Source: Candidatus Sysuimicrobiota bacterium
GTDB lineage: Bacteria > Sysuimicrobiota > Sysuimicrobiia > Sysuimicrobiales > Sysuimicrobiaceae
Reading direction: 5' to 3'
Length of the DNA stretch: 64,000 nucleotides
Assembly (NCBI GenBank): GCA_040289515.1
Contig: PSLI01000005.1
Span: 1 to 64,000, forward strand
The position numbers and the translations under genes were made by a program. Below the pieces are notes generated by a model. That model saw nothing but the letters and a program-made list of their open reading frames with translations. It did no database searches and was not told the DNA's origin. Of this stretch, positions 18,904 through 29,880 are shown piece after piece. Within the stretch, counting starts at the first letter, position 1; every line of letters starts with the position of its first letter.

Positions 18904-19353
18904 CTACAACTCGCCCCGAGCCCGCAGGAGCCGGTGCAGCACCGCCATGCAGGCGTCCATGACCACCCGCAGGCCGGCCTGCCGGGCGCGCCAGGCGGCC
19001 TGTTCGTGCCGCACCCCCGCCTGCATCCACACGGCCCGCGCCCCCACCGCCACCGCCTCCTCTACCAACCCGGGCACGCACTCCAGCCGCCGGAAGATCT
19101 GCACCAGGTCCACCGGCCCGGGCACGTCCCGCAGGCGCGGGTAGCTGCGCAGCCCCAGGACCTCCTGCACCCGCGGGTTCACGGGCACGATCTCGTAGCC
19201 CTGCTCCCGCAGGTACCGCACCACCTGGTAGCTGGGGCGGTGCGGTTTGTCCGACAGCCCCACCACCGCGATCCGGCGCGCGCTCCGCAGGATCGTTCGG
19301 GCCTCCTCCAGCTGCGGTTCAAGACCTCCGACGCCGTGCGGTTCGCTGCTCAC
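18904..19353 (-). CDS. CoA-binding protein
   Basis: IAVVGLSDKPHRPSY, PVNP, VWMQAG. Confidence 0.9.
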   Translation of the reverse strand: MSSEPHGVGGLEPQLEEARTILRSARRIAVVGLSDKPHRPSYQVVRYLREQGYEIVPVNPRVQEVLGLRSYPRLRDVPGPVDLVQIFRRLECVPGLVEEAVAVGARAVWMQAGVRHEQAAWRARQAGLRVVMDACMAVLHRLLRARGEL

Positions 19354-19820
19354 CGCGTTTCACCTCCCGGGACTTCGGCGGCCGAACGCGCCGCGCACTC
19401 CCGCAGCAGCTCCTCCAGCACCTGCTGCGCGCGAGCTACGTCTTCTTCCTGGACCAGGAGGTGGTCGCGGTGGAAGGTCGACACCACGCAGACCGGGATC
19501 CCCGCCTGCGCCAGCCGGTCCGTCACCACCCGGAGGTACCCCGCCTCCGGGAGGTCCAGCTCCGCGTCCAGGGTGATCATGCGGTAGCCGCGCTGCACCG
19601 CCCGCGTCCGCAGACCCTTGCCCACCTGATCCCATTCCACCTCCCGGCAGACCAGGGAAACCTCCTGCGGTGCGAAGGTGAGGCAGAAGGGCGAGTGGAA
19701 CCGGTCCGCCCGGCGCTGCAGGCGGCCGCGCTCCCATGGGGGAAGGTTCACCAGCACCAAAGGGTCCGAGTGGATCACCACCCGCGTGCGCGCCAGGAGA
19801 CGTGCTACCCGGAGGTCCAT
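19350..19820 (-). CDS. ACT-domain protein
   Basis: GYLRVVTDRLAQAGIPVCVVSTFHRDHLLV. Confidence 0.8.
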   Translation of the reverse strand: MDLRVARLLARTRVVIHSDPLVLVNLPPWERGRLQRRADRFHSPFCLTFAPQEVSLVCREVEWDQVGKGLRTRAVQRGYRMITLDAELDLPEAGYLRVVTDRLAQAGIPVCVVSTFHRDHLLVQEEDVARAQQVLEELLRECAARSAAEVPGGETR

Positions 19821-20986
19821 CACGCCAGCGCCCGGTCCAGGTCCTCCAGCAGGTCCTCCGCGTCCTCGATCCCCACCGCCACCCGGATCAGGCCCTCCCC
19901 GATCCCGGCCCGTAGCCGCTGGTCCCGAGGCACGTGCACGTGGGTGGTGCTGGCCGCGTGCGTCACCAGGGAGTGCACCCCACCCAGGCTCACGGCCAGC
20001 TTCATCCACCGCAGGCTCTCCACCACCCGGCGGCCCGCGTCCAGGCCGCCGCGCACCTCGAAGCTCAAAACCCCGCCAAAGCCCCGCATCTGCCGGCGCG
20101 CCACCTCGTGCCCGGGGTGATCTGGCAAACCAGGGTAGTACACCCGCTCCACCTTCGGGTGCCGGCGCAGGAACTCTGCCAGGGCTAGGGCGGTGGCGTT
20201 CTGCCGCTCCACCCGCAGCCCCACGGTCTGCACACCCGTGAGCAGCAGCCACGCGGAGAACGGATCCGCGCAGCCGCCGAACACCCGCAGCTGCTCCCTC
20301 CACGCGGGCAGGAAACGCGCAGAGCCGGCCACCGCACCCAGCACCAGGTGGTGGTGGCCGCCCAGGTACTTGGTGGCGCTGTGCACCACCACGTCCACCC
20401 CGAACGTTAAAGGCCGCGTGTTGTAGGGGGTTGCGAAGGTGTTGTCCGCTATGCACACCGCCCCCGCGGCACGGCTCAGCTCCGCCACCGCGCGAAGGTC
20501 GGTGATGGCCAGTACCGGGTTCGCCGGGGTCTCTACGTACACCAGGCGGGTGTTGGGACGCAGGGCCCGGGCGTAGTGCTCGACGTCAGTGGGATCCACA
20601 AACGTGGTTTTGACCCCAAGGCGCGGCAGCACGCTGGAGAACAGCTCGAGGGTTCCCGAATACGCGCAACCCGGACAGACGACGTGGTCTCCCGCCCTCA
20701 CCACGGACAGCACCGCCAGGCTCACCGCGGCCATGCCCGACGCGGTGAGCACGCAGGCCTCCGCGCCCTCCAGGGCCGCCAGCCGCTGCTCGGCCCGCCG
20801 CACAGTGGGGTTACCCCACCGGGTGTAAAACGCCTCCGAGTGCGAGGCGGCCCGCCGGGCACCCTCCTCCACGGTGGGGAAGGCAAACGTGGAGGTCTGG
20901 TAGATGGGCGGCGAGACCGCGCCATGCGGGTCCGCAACATCCCCCGCGTGAGCGGCCAGGGTGTTGAAGCCCGGCTCGCGCTCCAT
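19820..20986 (-). CDS. PLP-dependent trans-sulfuration enzyme (methionine gamma-lyase/cystathionine gamma-synthase family)
   Basis: PPIYQTSTF, YTRWGNPT, ETPANP, DNTFATP, HSATKYLGGH, AVSLGG. Confidence 0.92.
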   Translation of the reverse strand: MEREPGFNTLAAHAGDVADPHGAVSPPIYQTSTFAFPTVEEGARRAASHSEAFYTRWGNPTVRRAEQRLAALEGAEACVLTASGMAAVSLAVLSVVRAGDHVVCPGCAYSGTLELFSSVLPRLGVKTTFVDPTDVEHYARALRPNTRLVYVETPANPVLAITDLRAVAELSRAAGAVCIADNTFATPYNTRPLTFGVDVVVHSATKYLGGHHHLVLGAVAGSARFLPAWREQLRVFGGCADPFSAWLLLTGVQTVGLRVERQNATALALAEFLRRHPKVERVYYPGLPDHPGHEVARRQMRGFGGVLSFEVRGGLDAGRRVVESLRWMKLAVSLGGVHSLVTHAASTTHVHVPRDQRLRAGIGEGLIRVAVGIEDAEDLLEDLDRALA

Positions 20987-21159
20987 ACAGCCTCCCTCCC
21001 TCCTCCGCGTTCGGCGCTCACCCCGTCCCTGGAAAACCGACCGCAATTTGTGCCAGCACAACTCCGCGCCGGGCACGCGGTGTCCGTGACCCTGACCGGC
21101 CCCAGGGAAAGACGGCGCGCCAACAGGATACCGCGCCGTGGGTCGAGTACAGTACCACC

Positions 21160-21999
21160 GTGCGGTTCGGGGCACACGTCTCCATCCGGGGGTACGTCTA
21201 CCAGGCCGCCGACCGGGCGGCGCGCCTGGGGTGCGAGTGCTTGCAGATTTTCGTCGGCAGCCCGCGCACCTGGCGGGAGGTCCGCTACCCGGCCGAGGAT
21301 CTTGCGGAGCTACGGCGGCGCTGCCGCGCTTACGGGCTGCGGCCCCTGGTGGCCCACGCGGCGTACCTGGTGAACCTGGCCGCCGGGGACGAGGTCTTCA
21401 AGCGGTCGGTGCGGCACCTGGCCCACGCCCTGCGGACGGTGGAGCAGGCCGGAGGGCTCGGCGTGGTCACCCACCTGGGCAGCCGCGGTGACACACCCCT
21501 GCCCCGCGCGGTAGAACGCGTGGCGCTGGGCGTAAGCCAGGCCCTGGCCGACTCCCAGCGGGCAATGGTCCTGCTGGAGGGCAGCGCGGGCCGCACCCTA
21601 GGAACCTTCGAGGAGCTCAGCATGGTCCTGGACGCTCTCCACGGACACCCGCGGGTGGGCGTGTGCCTGGACACCGCGCACCTGTTCGCCGCAGGCTGGG
21701 ACCTGCGCACCCCCGAAGGGGTGGACGCTACCCTGCAAGCGTTCCACGAGCGGGTGGGTCTGGGACGGCTGCAGCTGGTCCACCTCAACGACTCCCAAGC
21801 GCAACTGGGAAGCGGCCTGGACCGCCACGAGAACATCGGCCGGGGCTTCATCGGGCTTGCGGGGTTCCGGGCCTGGGTCCACCATCCCAGGCTGCGCCAC
21901 CTCAGCGGGGTTATCGAGACTCCCGGGTTTGACCGGACGGGACCGGACCGGGCGAACCTGCAGCGCCTCAAGCGGCTGCGGGACGGGGGATCTCGGTGA
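21160..21999 (+). CDS. nfo: Endonuclease IV
   Basis: GAHVSI, HAAYLVNLA, CLDTAHLFAAG, HLNDS...DRHENIG, ETP. Confidence 0.93.
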   Translation: MRFGAHVSIRGYVYQAADRAARLGCECLQIFVGSPRTWREVRYPAEDLAELRRRCRAYGLRPLVAHAAYLVNLAAGDEVFKRSVRHLAHALRTVEQAGGLGVVTHLGSRGDTPLPRAVERVALGVSQALADSQRAMVLLEGSAGRTLGTFEELSMVLDALHGHPRVGVCLDTAHLFAAGWDLRTPEGVDATLQAFHERVGLGRLQLVHLNDSQAQLGSGLDRHENIGRGFIGLAGFRAWVHHPRLRHLSGVIETPGFDRTGPDRANLQRLKRLRDGGSR

Positions 22000-22229
22000 G
22001 CCCCATCCGCTGCGCGTACCACCCCGACCAGGATGCCCTGCAGTACTGCAACCGCTGCGGCAGGCCCGTGTGCAACGACTGCGTGGTGCGCGCCGCAGCC
22101 GGGAACCTGTGCCGAACGTGCGCGGAGGGGCGGGCGCGGCCTCGTCCATCTCGGCCGGTTCAGCTGTGGTTATGGCTGGGCGCAGGCGCGGTCTTGCTCC
22201 TGCTCTTCGCCCCGCGGTGGTTCCGGTAG
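21996..22229 (+). CDS. B-box-type zinc finger protein with C-terminal TM helix
   Basis: CAYHP...CNRCGRPVCNDC...LCRTC. Confidence 0.75.
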   Translation: MSPIRCAYHPDQDALQYCNRCGRPVCNDCVVRAAAGNLCRTCAEGRARPRPSRPVQLWLWLGAGAVLLLLFAPRWFR

Positions 22230-22278
22230 CGAGCACCCCAGGGCGACGCCGCGTCCGTTCCCGGCATCCCGGGTGGCC

Positions 22279-23283
22279 CTACGCGCGCGTGGAAGCGGGG
22301 TCCTCGTGAAACCGCAAAAACGCGGCTTCCAGGGCCAGGCGGGGCGTCACGTTCCGGCGGACAGCCAACCGGGCCTGCTCAAGGGCCTGCAGGCGGCGCC
22401 GCAGGGCTCCACCATCCAGGGTGTGCGCGAGTTCCGCGATCTGCTCCTTGCGGTCCGCGTTCACCAGCAGCGCCGGATCCTGCGTCTCCCGCCAGACCAG
22501 CAGGTCCCGGTACCACAGGGCGGCCACCTCCAGTCGATCCGGAAGGCGCGCGCGGTCCTGGGCGAGGAACTCGCAAGCTTCCAGGGCTGCCAGCAGGCCC
22601 TCCTTCTCCGCCCGCACAAGGCGATCCACCACCGCATCCCGCTCCTCCAGGGCCGCGGGGTCTTTGGACCACCCGGCCGCGCGGGCCGCCCGACCCGCAG
22701 ACAGGGCTGCCAGCACCCGGGCGCGGGCAGGCTCCACCCCCAACTGCACCCGCAGGGCATGCTCGATCTGGCTGATGGGTACCAAGTTGAACCGGACCAT
22801 CTGGCACCGGGATACCACGGTGGGCAGCAGGGCGTGGGCGGACTCCACGATCAGCACGAACACCACGCGCTCCGGGGGTTCCTCCAGGACCTTCAGCAGG
22901 CTGTTCTGCGCCTCCGCCAGCATGCTGTCCGCGGGGCAGAACACGAACACCTTCCACCGGCCCTCGTGGGGACCGTAGGCCGCCTCCCGGCGCACCTCCC
23001 GCACCTGGTCGATGCCGATAGCGGTCTTGCCCTCCAGGGGTCGCACCCACCGTACGTCCGGGTGCACACCGCCGGAGACCTTGCGGCACGGCTCGCAGAC
23101 CGCGCAGCTGTCCTCGTGGTAGCGCTCGCACTGAAGGGCCTGCGCGAAGGCTGCGGCGGTCTCCGACCGGCCCGTGCCCGCGGGCCCCGCGAACAGGTAT
23201 GCGTGGTGCACCCGTCCGCTGCGGAGCGCCGATCGGAGCAGCCCGATGGCATGGTGCTGGTCCAGGACGTCCGCGAAGCGCAC
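22279..23283 (-). CDS. holB: DNA polymerase III subunit delta'
   Basis: HAYLFAGPAGTG, zinc Cys cluster, HPD, NSLLKVLEEPP, PTVVSRC. Confidence 0.93.
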   Translation of the reverse strand: MRFADVLDQHHAIGLLRSALRSGRVHHAYLFAGPAGTGRSETAAAFAQALQCERYHEDSCAVCEPCRKVSGGVHPDVRWVRPLEGKTAIGIDQVREVRREAAYGPHEGRWKVFVFCPADSMLAEAQNSLLKVLEEPPERVVFVLIVESAHALLPTVVSRCQMVRFNLVPISQIEHALRVQLGVEPARARVLAALSAGRAARAAGWSKDPAALEERDAVVDRLVRAEKEGLLAALEACEFLAQDRARLPDRLEVAALWYRDLLVWRETQDPALLVNADRKEQIAELAHTLDGGALRRRLQALEQARLAVRRNVTPRLALEAAFLRFHEDPASTRA

Positions 23284-23286
23284 GGC

Positions 23287-23616
23287 CTACACCCGCTCCA
23301 TCCGATCCACGCTCAGCACGAACACCACACCCCCGCCCACCTGCACCCTCACCGGATACGCGGCGTAGGCGTCCACGGGCTCGACCACGGGCGGGAGGGG
23401 GCTTACCAGCTGCTCCCGGACCCGGCAGGTGCGCCGCACCACCTCTAGCACCCGCTCCACGTCCGCGTCCTCCACCCCGATGAGAACCGTGGCGTTCCCG
23501 CTGCGCAGAAACCCCCCCGTGGACGCCAGCAGGGTGGCTGAGAAGCCCGACTCCGTGAGGGTGTCCATCAGCCGTCCGGAGTCCTTCTCCTGCACGATGG
23601 CCAGCACCAGCTTCAT
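23287..23616 (-). CDS. darA: Cyclic-di-AMP receptor, PII-like (DarA/PstA/YaaQ)
   Basis: MKLVLAIVQEKD, STGGFLRSGNAT, VGGGVVFV; between tmk and holB. Confidence 0.9.
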   Translation of the reverse strand: MKLVLAIVQEKDSGRLMDTLTESGFSATLLASTGGFLRSGNATVLIGVEDADVERVLEVVRRTCRVREQLVSPLPPVVEPVDAYAAYPVRVQVGGGVVFVLSVDRMERV

Positions 23617-24248
23617 CCGCCCGCCGCCTTCCTCTCCACCAAAGGCCAGACCTCCTCCCAGATGCGTTCCTCCACCCGGTCCGGCTCCTGGTCCGCCGGG
23701 ATTACACGGATGCGCGGGTCTTCGCGGCTCAGCTGCAGATACCCTTCCCGCACGCGCCGGTGGAACGCCAGGTCCTCCTGCTCCATGCGGTCCTGGGCGC
23801 CCGCTTGCCTGTCCCGCGCCAGGCCCTCCTCCACCGGCAGGTCCAGCACCACGACCAGGTCGGGTAGCAGTCCCCCTGTGGCCAGTTCATTGGCCCGCCA
23901 CACCGCCTGCACACCCAGCCCCCGGCCATATCCCTGGTAGGCTACGGAGGCGTACACGCAGCGGTCGGAGACCACCACCTGCCCCCGCTGCAGGGCCGAC
24001 TGCACGACCTCCCGCAAAAGCTGGGCCCGCGCCGCTGCGAATAGCAGTGCTTCGGCTTCCGGGGCCATGTTTCCATAGGTGGGGTCTGCCAGCAGAAGCC
24101 GCACCTGCTCGCCTAGGGGTGTTGTGCCCGGCTCCCGCACCTCTACCACCTCCAGCCCCCGCGCCCGGAGCCGTGCCGCCAGACGCCGCGCCTGAGTCGT
24201 CTTGCCCGAGCCGTCTGGGCCCTCCAGGGCGATGTACAGGCCGCCCAC
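23613..24248 (-). CDS. tmk: Thymidylate kinase
   Basis: EGPDGSGKTTQ, REPG, SDR, AYQGYGRG. Confidence 0.95.
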   Translation of the reverse strand: MGGLYIALEGPDGSGKTTQARRLAARLRARGLEVVEVREPGTTPLGEQVRLLLADPTYGNMAPEAEALLFAAARAQLLREVVQSALQRGQVVVSDRCVYASVAYQGYGRGLGVQAVWRANELATGGLLPDLVVVLDLPVEEGLARDRQAGAQDRMEQEDLAFHRRVREGYLQLSREDPRIRVIPADQEPDRVEERIWEEVWPLVERKAAGG

Positions 24249-24263
24249 GGGAATTCGCGCCCG

Positions 24264-25865
<1,602 letters not shown>

Positions 25866-25882
25866 TGTTCGTCCCCTCCTTT

Positions 25883-25974
25883 AAAAAAACGACGAGAGAG
25901 CACCCTGCCCTCCCGTCGGTCGCTGTGGGCAACCTCTTTGTCCGGACCGCCACGTCGGTCGCACCCCTATTGTA
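25883..25974 (-). promoter_or_regulatory. Promoter plus structured leader with intrinsic terminator (candidate attenuator)
   Basis: TACAAT 25969-25974; two hairpins; 13-bp terminator stem 25890-25918 plus T7 directly before AAGGAGG. Confidence 0.65.
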
Positions 25975-25994
25975 CCCGCCCCACCCCATCCCGC

Positions 25995-27182
25995 CTAGGC
26001 CACCGCCTGGAGGACGAAGCACTTCAGGTAGCGGGTCTCCGGCATGCTGCCCAGGGCCGGATGGTCCCGCGCCTGGGAGCGCTGCTCCACGAGCCGCAGA
26101 CGCCGCCCCGCGTCCCTCGCCGCGTCCAGTACCACGCCCCACAGGGTCGCCTCGTCCACGTGGTACGAGCACGAGCAGGTGATCAAAAACCCCCCCGGCC
26201 GCAACAGCTTCAGTGCCCAGAGGTTGATGTCGCGGTACCCGGACAGGGCCCGACGGACCGCCTCCTTGCGCCGCGCGAAGGCGGGCGGATCCAGGACCAC
26301 CCAGTCGAAGGTGCGTCCCTCCCGGGCCAAAGACCGGAGCTCGTCGAAGGCGTTGGCCACCCGGTACTGACAGCGGTCCGCGACCCCGTTGAGGCGCGCG
26401 TTCTCCTGGGCCAGATGTACCGCCTCCTCGCTCACCTCGATCCCCAGCACGGACCGGGCGCCCGCCAGGGCCGCATGGATCCCGAACCCTCCCGTGTAAC
26501 AAAACACCTCCAAGGCTTCCCCGTCCCGGGCCAGGCCAGCTGCGCTGATCCGGTTCTCCCGCTGGTCGCAGAACCACCCCGTCTTCTGGCCTCCCTGCAC
26601 GTCCACCACAAACCGGGCGGGGTCCTCCTGCACCACCTGCTTCAGCTCCGCCTCGCCCCGGAGGAAGCCCTGGTGTCGTGGCAGACCCTCCAGTTCCCGG
26701 GTGTGGGGGTCGTTCCGGAGGTACACGGCGCGGCAGCCCGTCAGGGAGAGAAGGAGGTCCGCGAATAGGTCCTTGCGCACGTCCATGCCGACGGTCAGGG
26801 TCTGCATGACGAGCAGGTCGTTGTACCGGTCCACCACCAGGCCCGGCAGCAGGTCCCCCTCCCCATACACCAACCGGTACGCGGTGGTTCCCGACACCAC
26901 CCGCTCCCGCAGTTGCAGCGCCTCCCGCAGCCGACGCTCGAAGAAGGCCTCGTCCACGGGCTCCTCGCGACAGGTGAGCAGGCGGACCCGGATGGCAGAA
27001 ACTGGGCTGTAGGTCCCGCGCCCCAGGAACTCTTGCCGCCACGACCGAACGTCCACCAGCTCGCCGGGGGCGGGCTCTCCCCGCACCTCCTCGATCTCCC
27101 CCTCGTATACCCACAGGTGGCCATCGCGCAGCCGCCGTTCCCGGCCGCGCCGCAGCGCCACCGTGGGGGCGCGGGCGGCCAT
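25995..27182 (-). CDS. RlmI-like class I SAM-dependent rRNA methyltransferase
   Basis: PUA domain, GQKTGWFCDQRENR, FCYTGGF, LDPPAF, TCSCS. Confidence 0.9.
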   Translation of the reverse strand: MAARAPTVALRRGRERRLRDGHLWVYEGEIEEVRGEPAPGELVDVRSWRQEFLGRGTYSPVSAIRVRLLTCREEPVDEAFFERRLREALQLRERVVSGTTAYRLVYGEGDLLPGLVVDRYNDLLVMQTLTVGMDVRKDLFADLLLSLTGCRAVYLRNDPHTRELEGLPRHQGFLRGEAELKQVVQEDPARFVVDVQGGQKTGWFCDQRENRISAAGLARDGEALEVFCYTGGFGIHAALAGARSVLGIEVSEEAVHLAQENARLNGVADRCQYRVANAFDELRSLAREGRTFDWVVLDPPAFARRKEAVRRALSGYRDINLWALKLLRPGGFLITCSCSYHVDEATLWGVVLDAARDAGRRLRLVEQRSQARDHPALGSMPETRYLKCFVLQAVA

Positions 27183-27187
27183 GCCGG

Positions 27188-28429
27188 TCAGAACAGGCTC
27201 ATCTGGGCCGTCTCCGGCTCACCCGTGGGTGTCGGTGCGGGGCTGTCCTCGAACAGGTGGATGCGCCCGAACTCTCCATCGTAGCCCGGCTCGATGTGCA
27301 CCCGCCCAGCTCGCATGCGACGGATCCCCTCCACCACCTTCGGGTGCGTGGCCCGCTCCAGCTCCTCCAGGGGAGCCTCCTCCAGCACCCGGAGCTCGTC
27401 CCCGAAGTGGGCCACCAGCTTGAGGTACTCGTCCCGCACGCGCCCGGTGCCCACGCCCTGCCCCAACGCCTCCGCCAGGATCTCCTCCAACGGGATCAGG
27501 TTGCGGTACCCGGGCCGCCCTGTGGGCCGCACCCCCTCCTCGCGGTCCGCCAGCGACTCCACCCGGTGCAGGACCCCCACGGTGACGGGCCGACCGCAGC
27601 GGGGGCAGCGGCCTCCGTACTGGCGGGTGATACGCGGCGGCCACCGGACCCCGCACCCCCGGTGACCGTCGTAGTGGTACTTGCCCTCCTCCGGAAAGAA
27701 CTCGATGGTGTAGTCTACCCGACCGGTGCGCAGGGTCTCCACGATGGCGGGATATGACCGCTCACAGTCCAGCACCGTGGCCTCCCGCCCCAACTTTGTG
27801 GGGGAGTGGGCGTCGCTGAAGGACACCAGGGTCACCCCGTCCAGGAAGCTGCAGCGCCAGTTCATGGGCGGGTCGCTGCTGAGCCCCGTCTCGAGGGCGC
27901 GCACGTGGGGCAGCTGGTCGCCGAAGCAGCTTTCGAGGTCGTCGAACCCCGACTGGGAGCCCAATACGGAGAACCACGGGGTCCACGCGTGCGCGGGGAT
28001 CACCAGGCAGCCCGGGGACAGCTCCATCACGTACTCCACCAGCTTGGCGCAGGAGATGGTCAAAGTAGGCCGGCCGTCCGCGAAAAGGTTGCCGAAGCGC
28101 CCCAGAACCGCAGCGATCCGGTCGCACACCTCGAAGGAGGGGCTCAGGAGGATGCTGTGCACCTTGCGCAGCCGGCCGTCTTGCGGGTACACGTTGCTGA
28201 CCTCCGCGGTGAGCAGGAAGCGGGTCTCCCCATACCGGTACAGCCCGGGCTCCGCGGGTTCCAGCTTGGCCTGCAGCTCCCGGCGCCACACGGGGTGCGT
28301 GAAGTCCCCCGTGCCCACCACGTGGATGCCCTTCCGCCGTGCCCACAGGGCCAGGTTTTCCACGTCCATGTCGCGGCTGGTGGCCCGGCTGTACTTGGAG
28401 TGGACGTGCAGGTCGCACACCAGTCTCAT
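27188..28429 (-). CDS. Endonuclease Q family (PHP domain) protein
   Basis: DLHVHSKYSRATS, GTGDFTHP, PAHAWTPWF, ETGLSSD, SDAHS, PEEGKYH, PGYDGEFG. Confidence 0.9.
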   Translation of the reverse strand: MRLVCDLHVHSKYSRATSRDMDVENLALWARRKGIHVVGTGDFTHPVWRRELQAKLEPAEPGLYRYGETRFLLTAEVSNVYPQDGRLRKVHSILLSPSFEVCDRIAAVLGRFGNLFADGRPTLTISCAKLVEYVMELSPGCLVIPAHAWTPWFSVLGSQSGFDDLESCFGDQLPHVRALETGLSSDPPMNWRCSFLDGVTLVSFSDAHSPTKLGREATVLDCERSYPAIVETLRTGRVDYTIEFFPEEGKYHYDGHRGCGVRWPPRITRQYGGRCPRCGRPVTVGVLHRVESLADREEGVRPTGRPGYRNLIPLEEILAEALGQGVGTGRVRDEYLKLVAHFGDELRVLEEAPLEELERATHPKVVEGIRRMRAGRVHIEPGYDGEFGRIHLFEDSPAPTPTGEPETAQMSLF

Positions 28430-29286
28430 GGGCGACCTCCCCGCGCGGGTCCCACGAGCCACTCCCGGACCCGTGCGTAGGTCACCGGGAGCACGGAACT
28501 CAGGCCGTAGCCGGGGAACCGGTTGCGCAGGTCGGCGGCCACCTCCGCCTCTCCCTTCCCGGTAGCCAGGCCCTGGCGGATCGCCTCCTCCACCGCGTCG
28601 TGGTACGCAGCCTGCGCCGCCAGCAGCTCGGGCCCCCCCGGCAGCCCGTGTCCGGGCACGAACACCTCCGCATCCAGCGACCGCAGGGCCTCCAGGCCGC
28701 GACGGGCTCCCGCGAGATCCGCGTCCTGGTAGTTAAAGTGGTATCCGTTGAACACCAAATCCCCGCACACCGCCACGCCCCAGTCCGGCAAATACACGAA
28801 GGCGTCCCCGGGCGTGTGGGCGTGACCGGGGTGCCACACCTCCACTTCCACGCCCAGGTGCACCCCGATCCCCTCGTCAAAGGTGAGGGTCGGCAGCACC
28901 AGCACCACCTCCTCGAGCAGCTCCGCGAGCTCGGGCTGAGCCCGGCGGGCGGCCAGCTGGCCTGGATGCTCCGTGGCCATGCGTTCCCGGCACGCCCGGT
29001 GCGACACCACGAGCGCCCCTTGCCGGACAAAGTGCACCGCGCCCCACGTGTGGTCTGCGTGGTGGTGGGTCAGGATCACCAGCCGCACCGGCCGGTCCGT
29101 CCGCTCCCGCAGCGCTGCCTCCACCCGCCGCGCGTGGGCGGGCGACAGGGACGCGTCCACCAGCACCACCCCTGCGTCCGCCACCACCGCCACGCAGTTG
29201 GCACCGTACGCGGCCGCGGGTCCATCGCCCTCGAAGCCGAACACCCACACGCTGTCTTGGACCTGGATCTCCCTTAGCTGGCTCAT
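28426..29286 (-). CDS. MBL-fold metallo-hydrolase (cyclase-like)
   Basis: THHHADHTWG, AHTPGD, GDL, VPGHG. Confidence 0.88.
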   Translation of the reverse strand: MSQLREIQVQDSVWVFGFEGDGPAAAYGANCVAVVADAGVVLVDASLSPAHARRVEAALRERTDRPVRLVILTHHHADHTWGAVHFVRQGALVVSHRACRERMATEHPGQLAARRAQPELAELLEEVVLVLPTLTFDEGIGVHLGVEVEVWHPGHAHTPGDAFVYLPDWGVAVCGDLVFNGYHFNYQDADLAGARRGLEALRSLDAEVFVPGHGLPGGPELLAAQAAYHDAVEEAIRQGLATGKGEAEVAADLRNRFPGYGLSSVLPVTYARVREWLVGPARGGRP

Positions 29287-29391
29287 ACGCCTTCTATTCG
29301 AGGTGCCGGCCGCGGCTCCCCCCTGCCGGAAGGCCGCGGCGGGCTGCTTGTGGGAGAAATATGCGGGCCCGGCCGCACGTTGTCCCCGAGC

Positions 29392-29805
29392 ATGGAGCAA
29401 CAGGAGCCGCTGGACGCGTACTCTCAGGCCGTGGTGCGTGCGGTGGAGGTCGTCGGGCCGGCGGTGGTCAGGGTGGGGCTCCGGCGGACCCCCGACCCGT
29501 GGCGGCCCCGCGGGATGCCCGAGATGCGTGGGGCCGGCAGCGGGGTGATCATCACCCCCGACAGCCTGGAGGCCGACCGCGCGGCCCGTGTGGTGCACGT
29601 GGAACCGGCCTCCGCGGCGGACCGTGCTGGGCTGCGCCCAGGAGACCTGGTGGTGCGGGCCTCGGACCGGGTGGTGCGGGGGCCCAAGGACCTGCAGCTG
29701 GCTGTGGCCCAGCACCCGCCGGGACAGCCCCTGGAGGTGTAGCTGCTGCGCCACCGCCGCCTGCTGCGGGTGGAGGCGATCCCCACGGAGCTCGGGGATC
29801 GGCGG
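29392..29805 (+). pseudogene. HtrA/DegP-like protease remnant (protease domain deleted, stop within PDZ)
   Basis: LDAYSQAVV...GAGSGVIITPD joins directly to PDZ (VEPASAADRAGLRPGD); TAG at 29740-29742 before LLRHRRLLRV. Confidence 0.75.
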
Positions 29806-29880
29806 GTACAATCGAGCTGGACCGATGCCGCGGGGCGGTGCTCACGCGAGGGCCTGCGCCGCGGCACGGAGGCTCCTTCG

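Noticed and set aside
21010..21120. 6S RNA, SAM-I riboswitch or T-box
   Set aside because: Too short for 6S and consensus motifs not found; kept only as an orphan structured leader
25918..25962. Purine or ZTP riboswitch, or ANTAR site
   Set aside because: Loop-loop layout is reminiscent, but the conserved junction sequences are absent and the loops do not match CNNGAC
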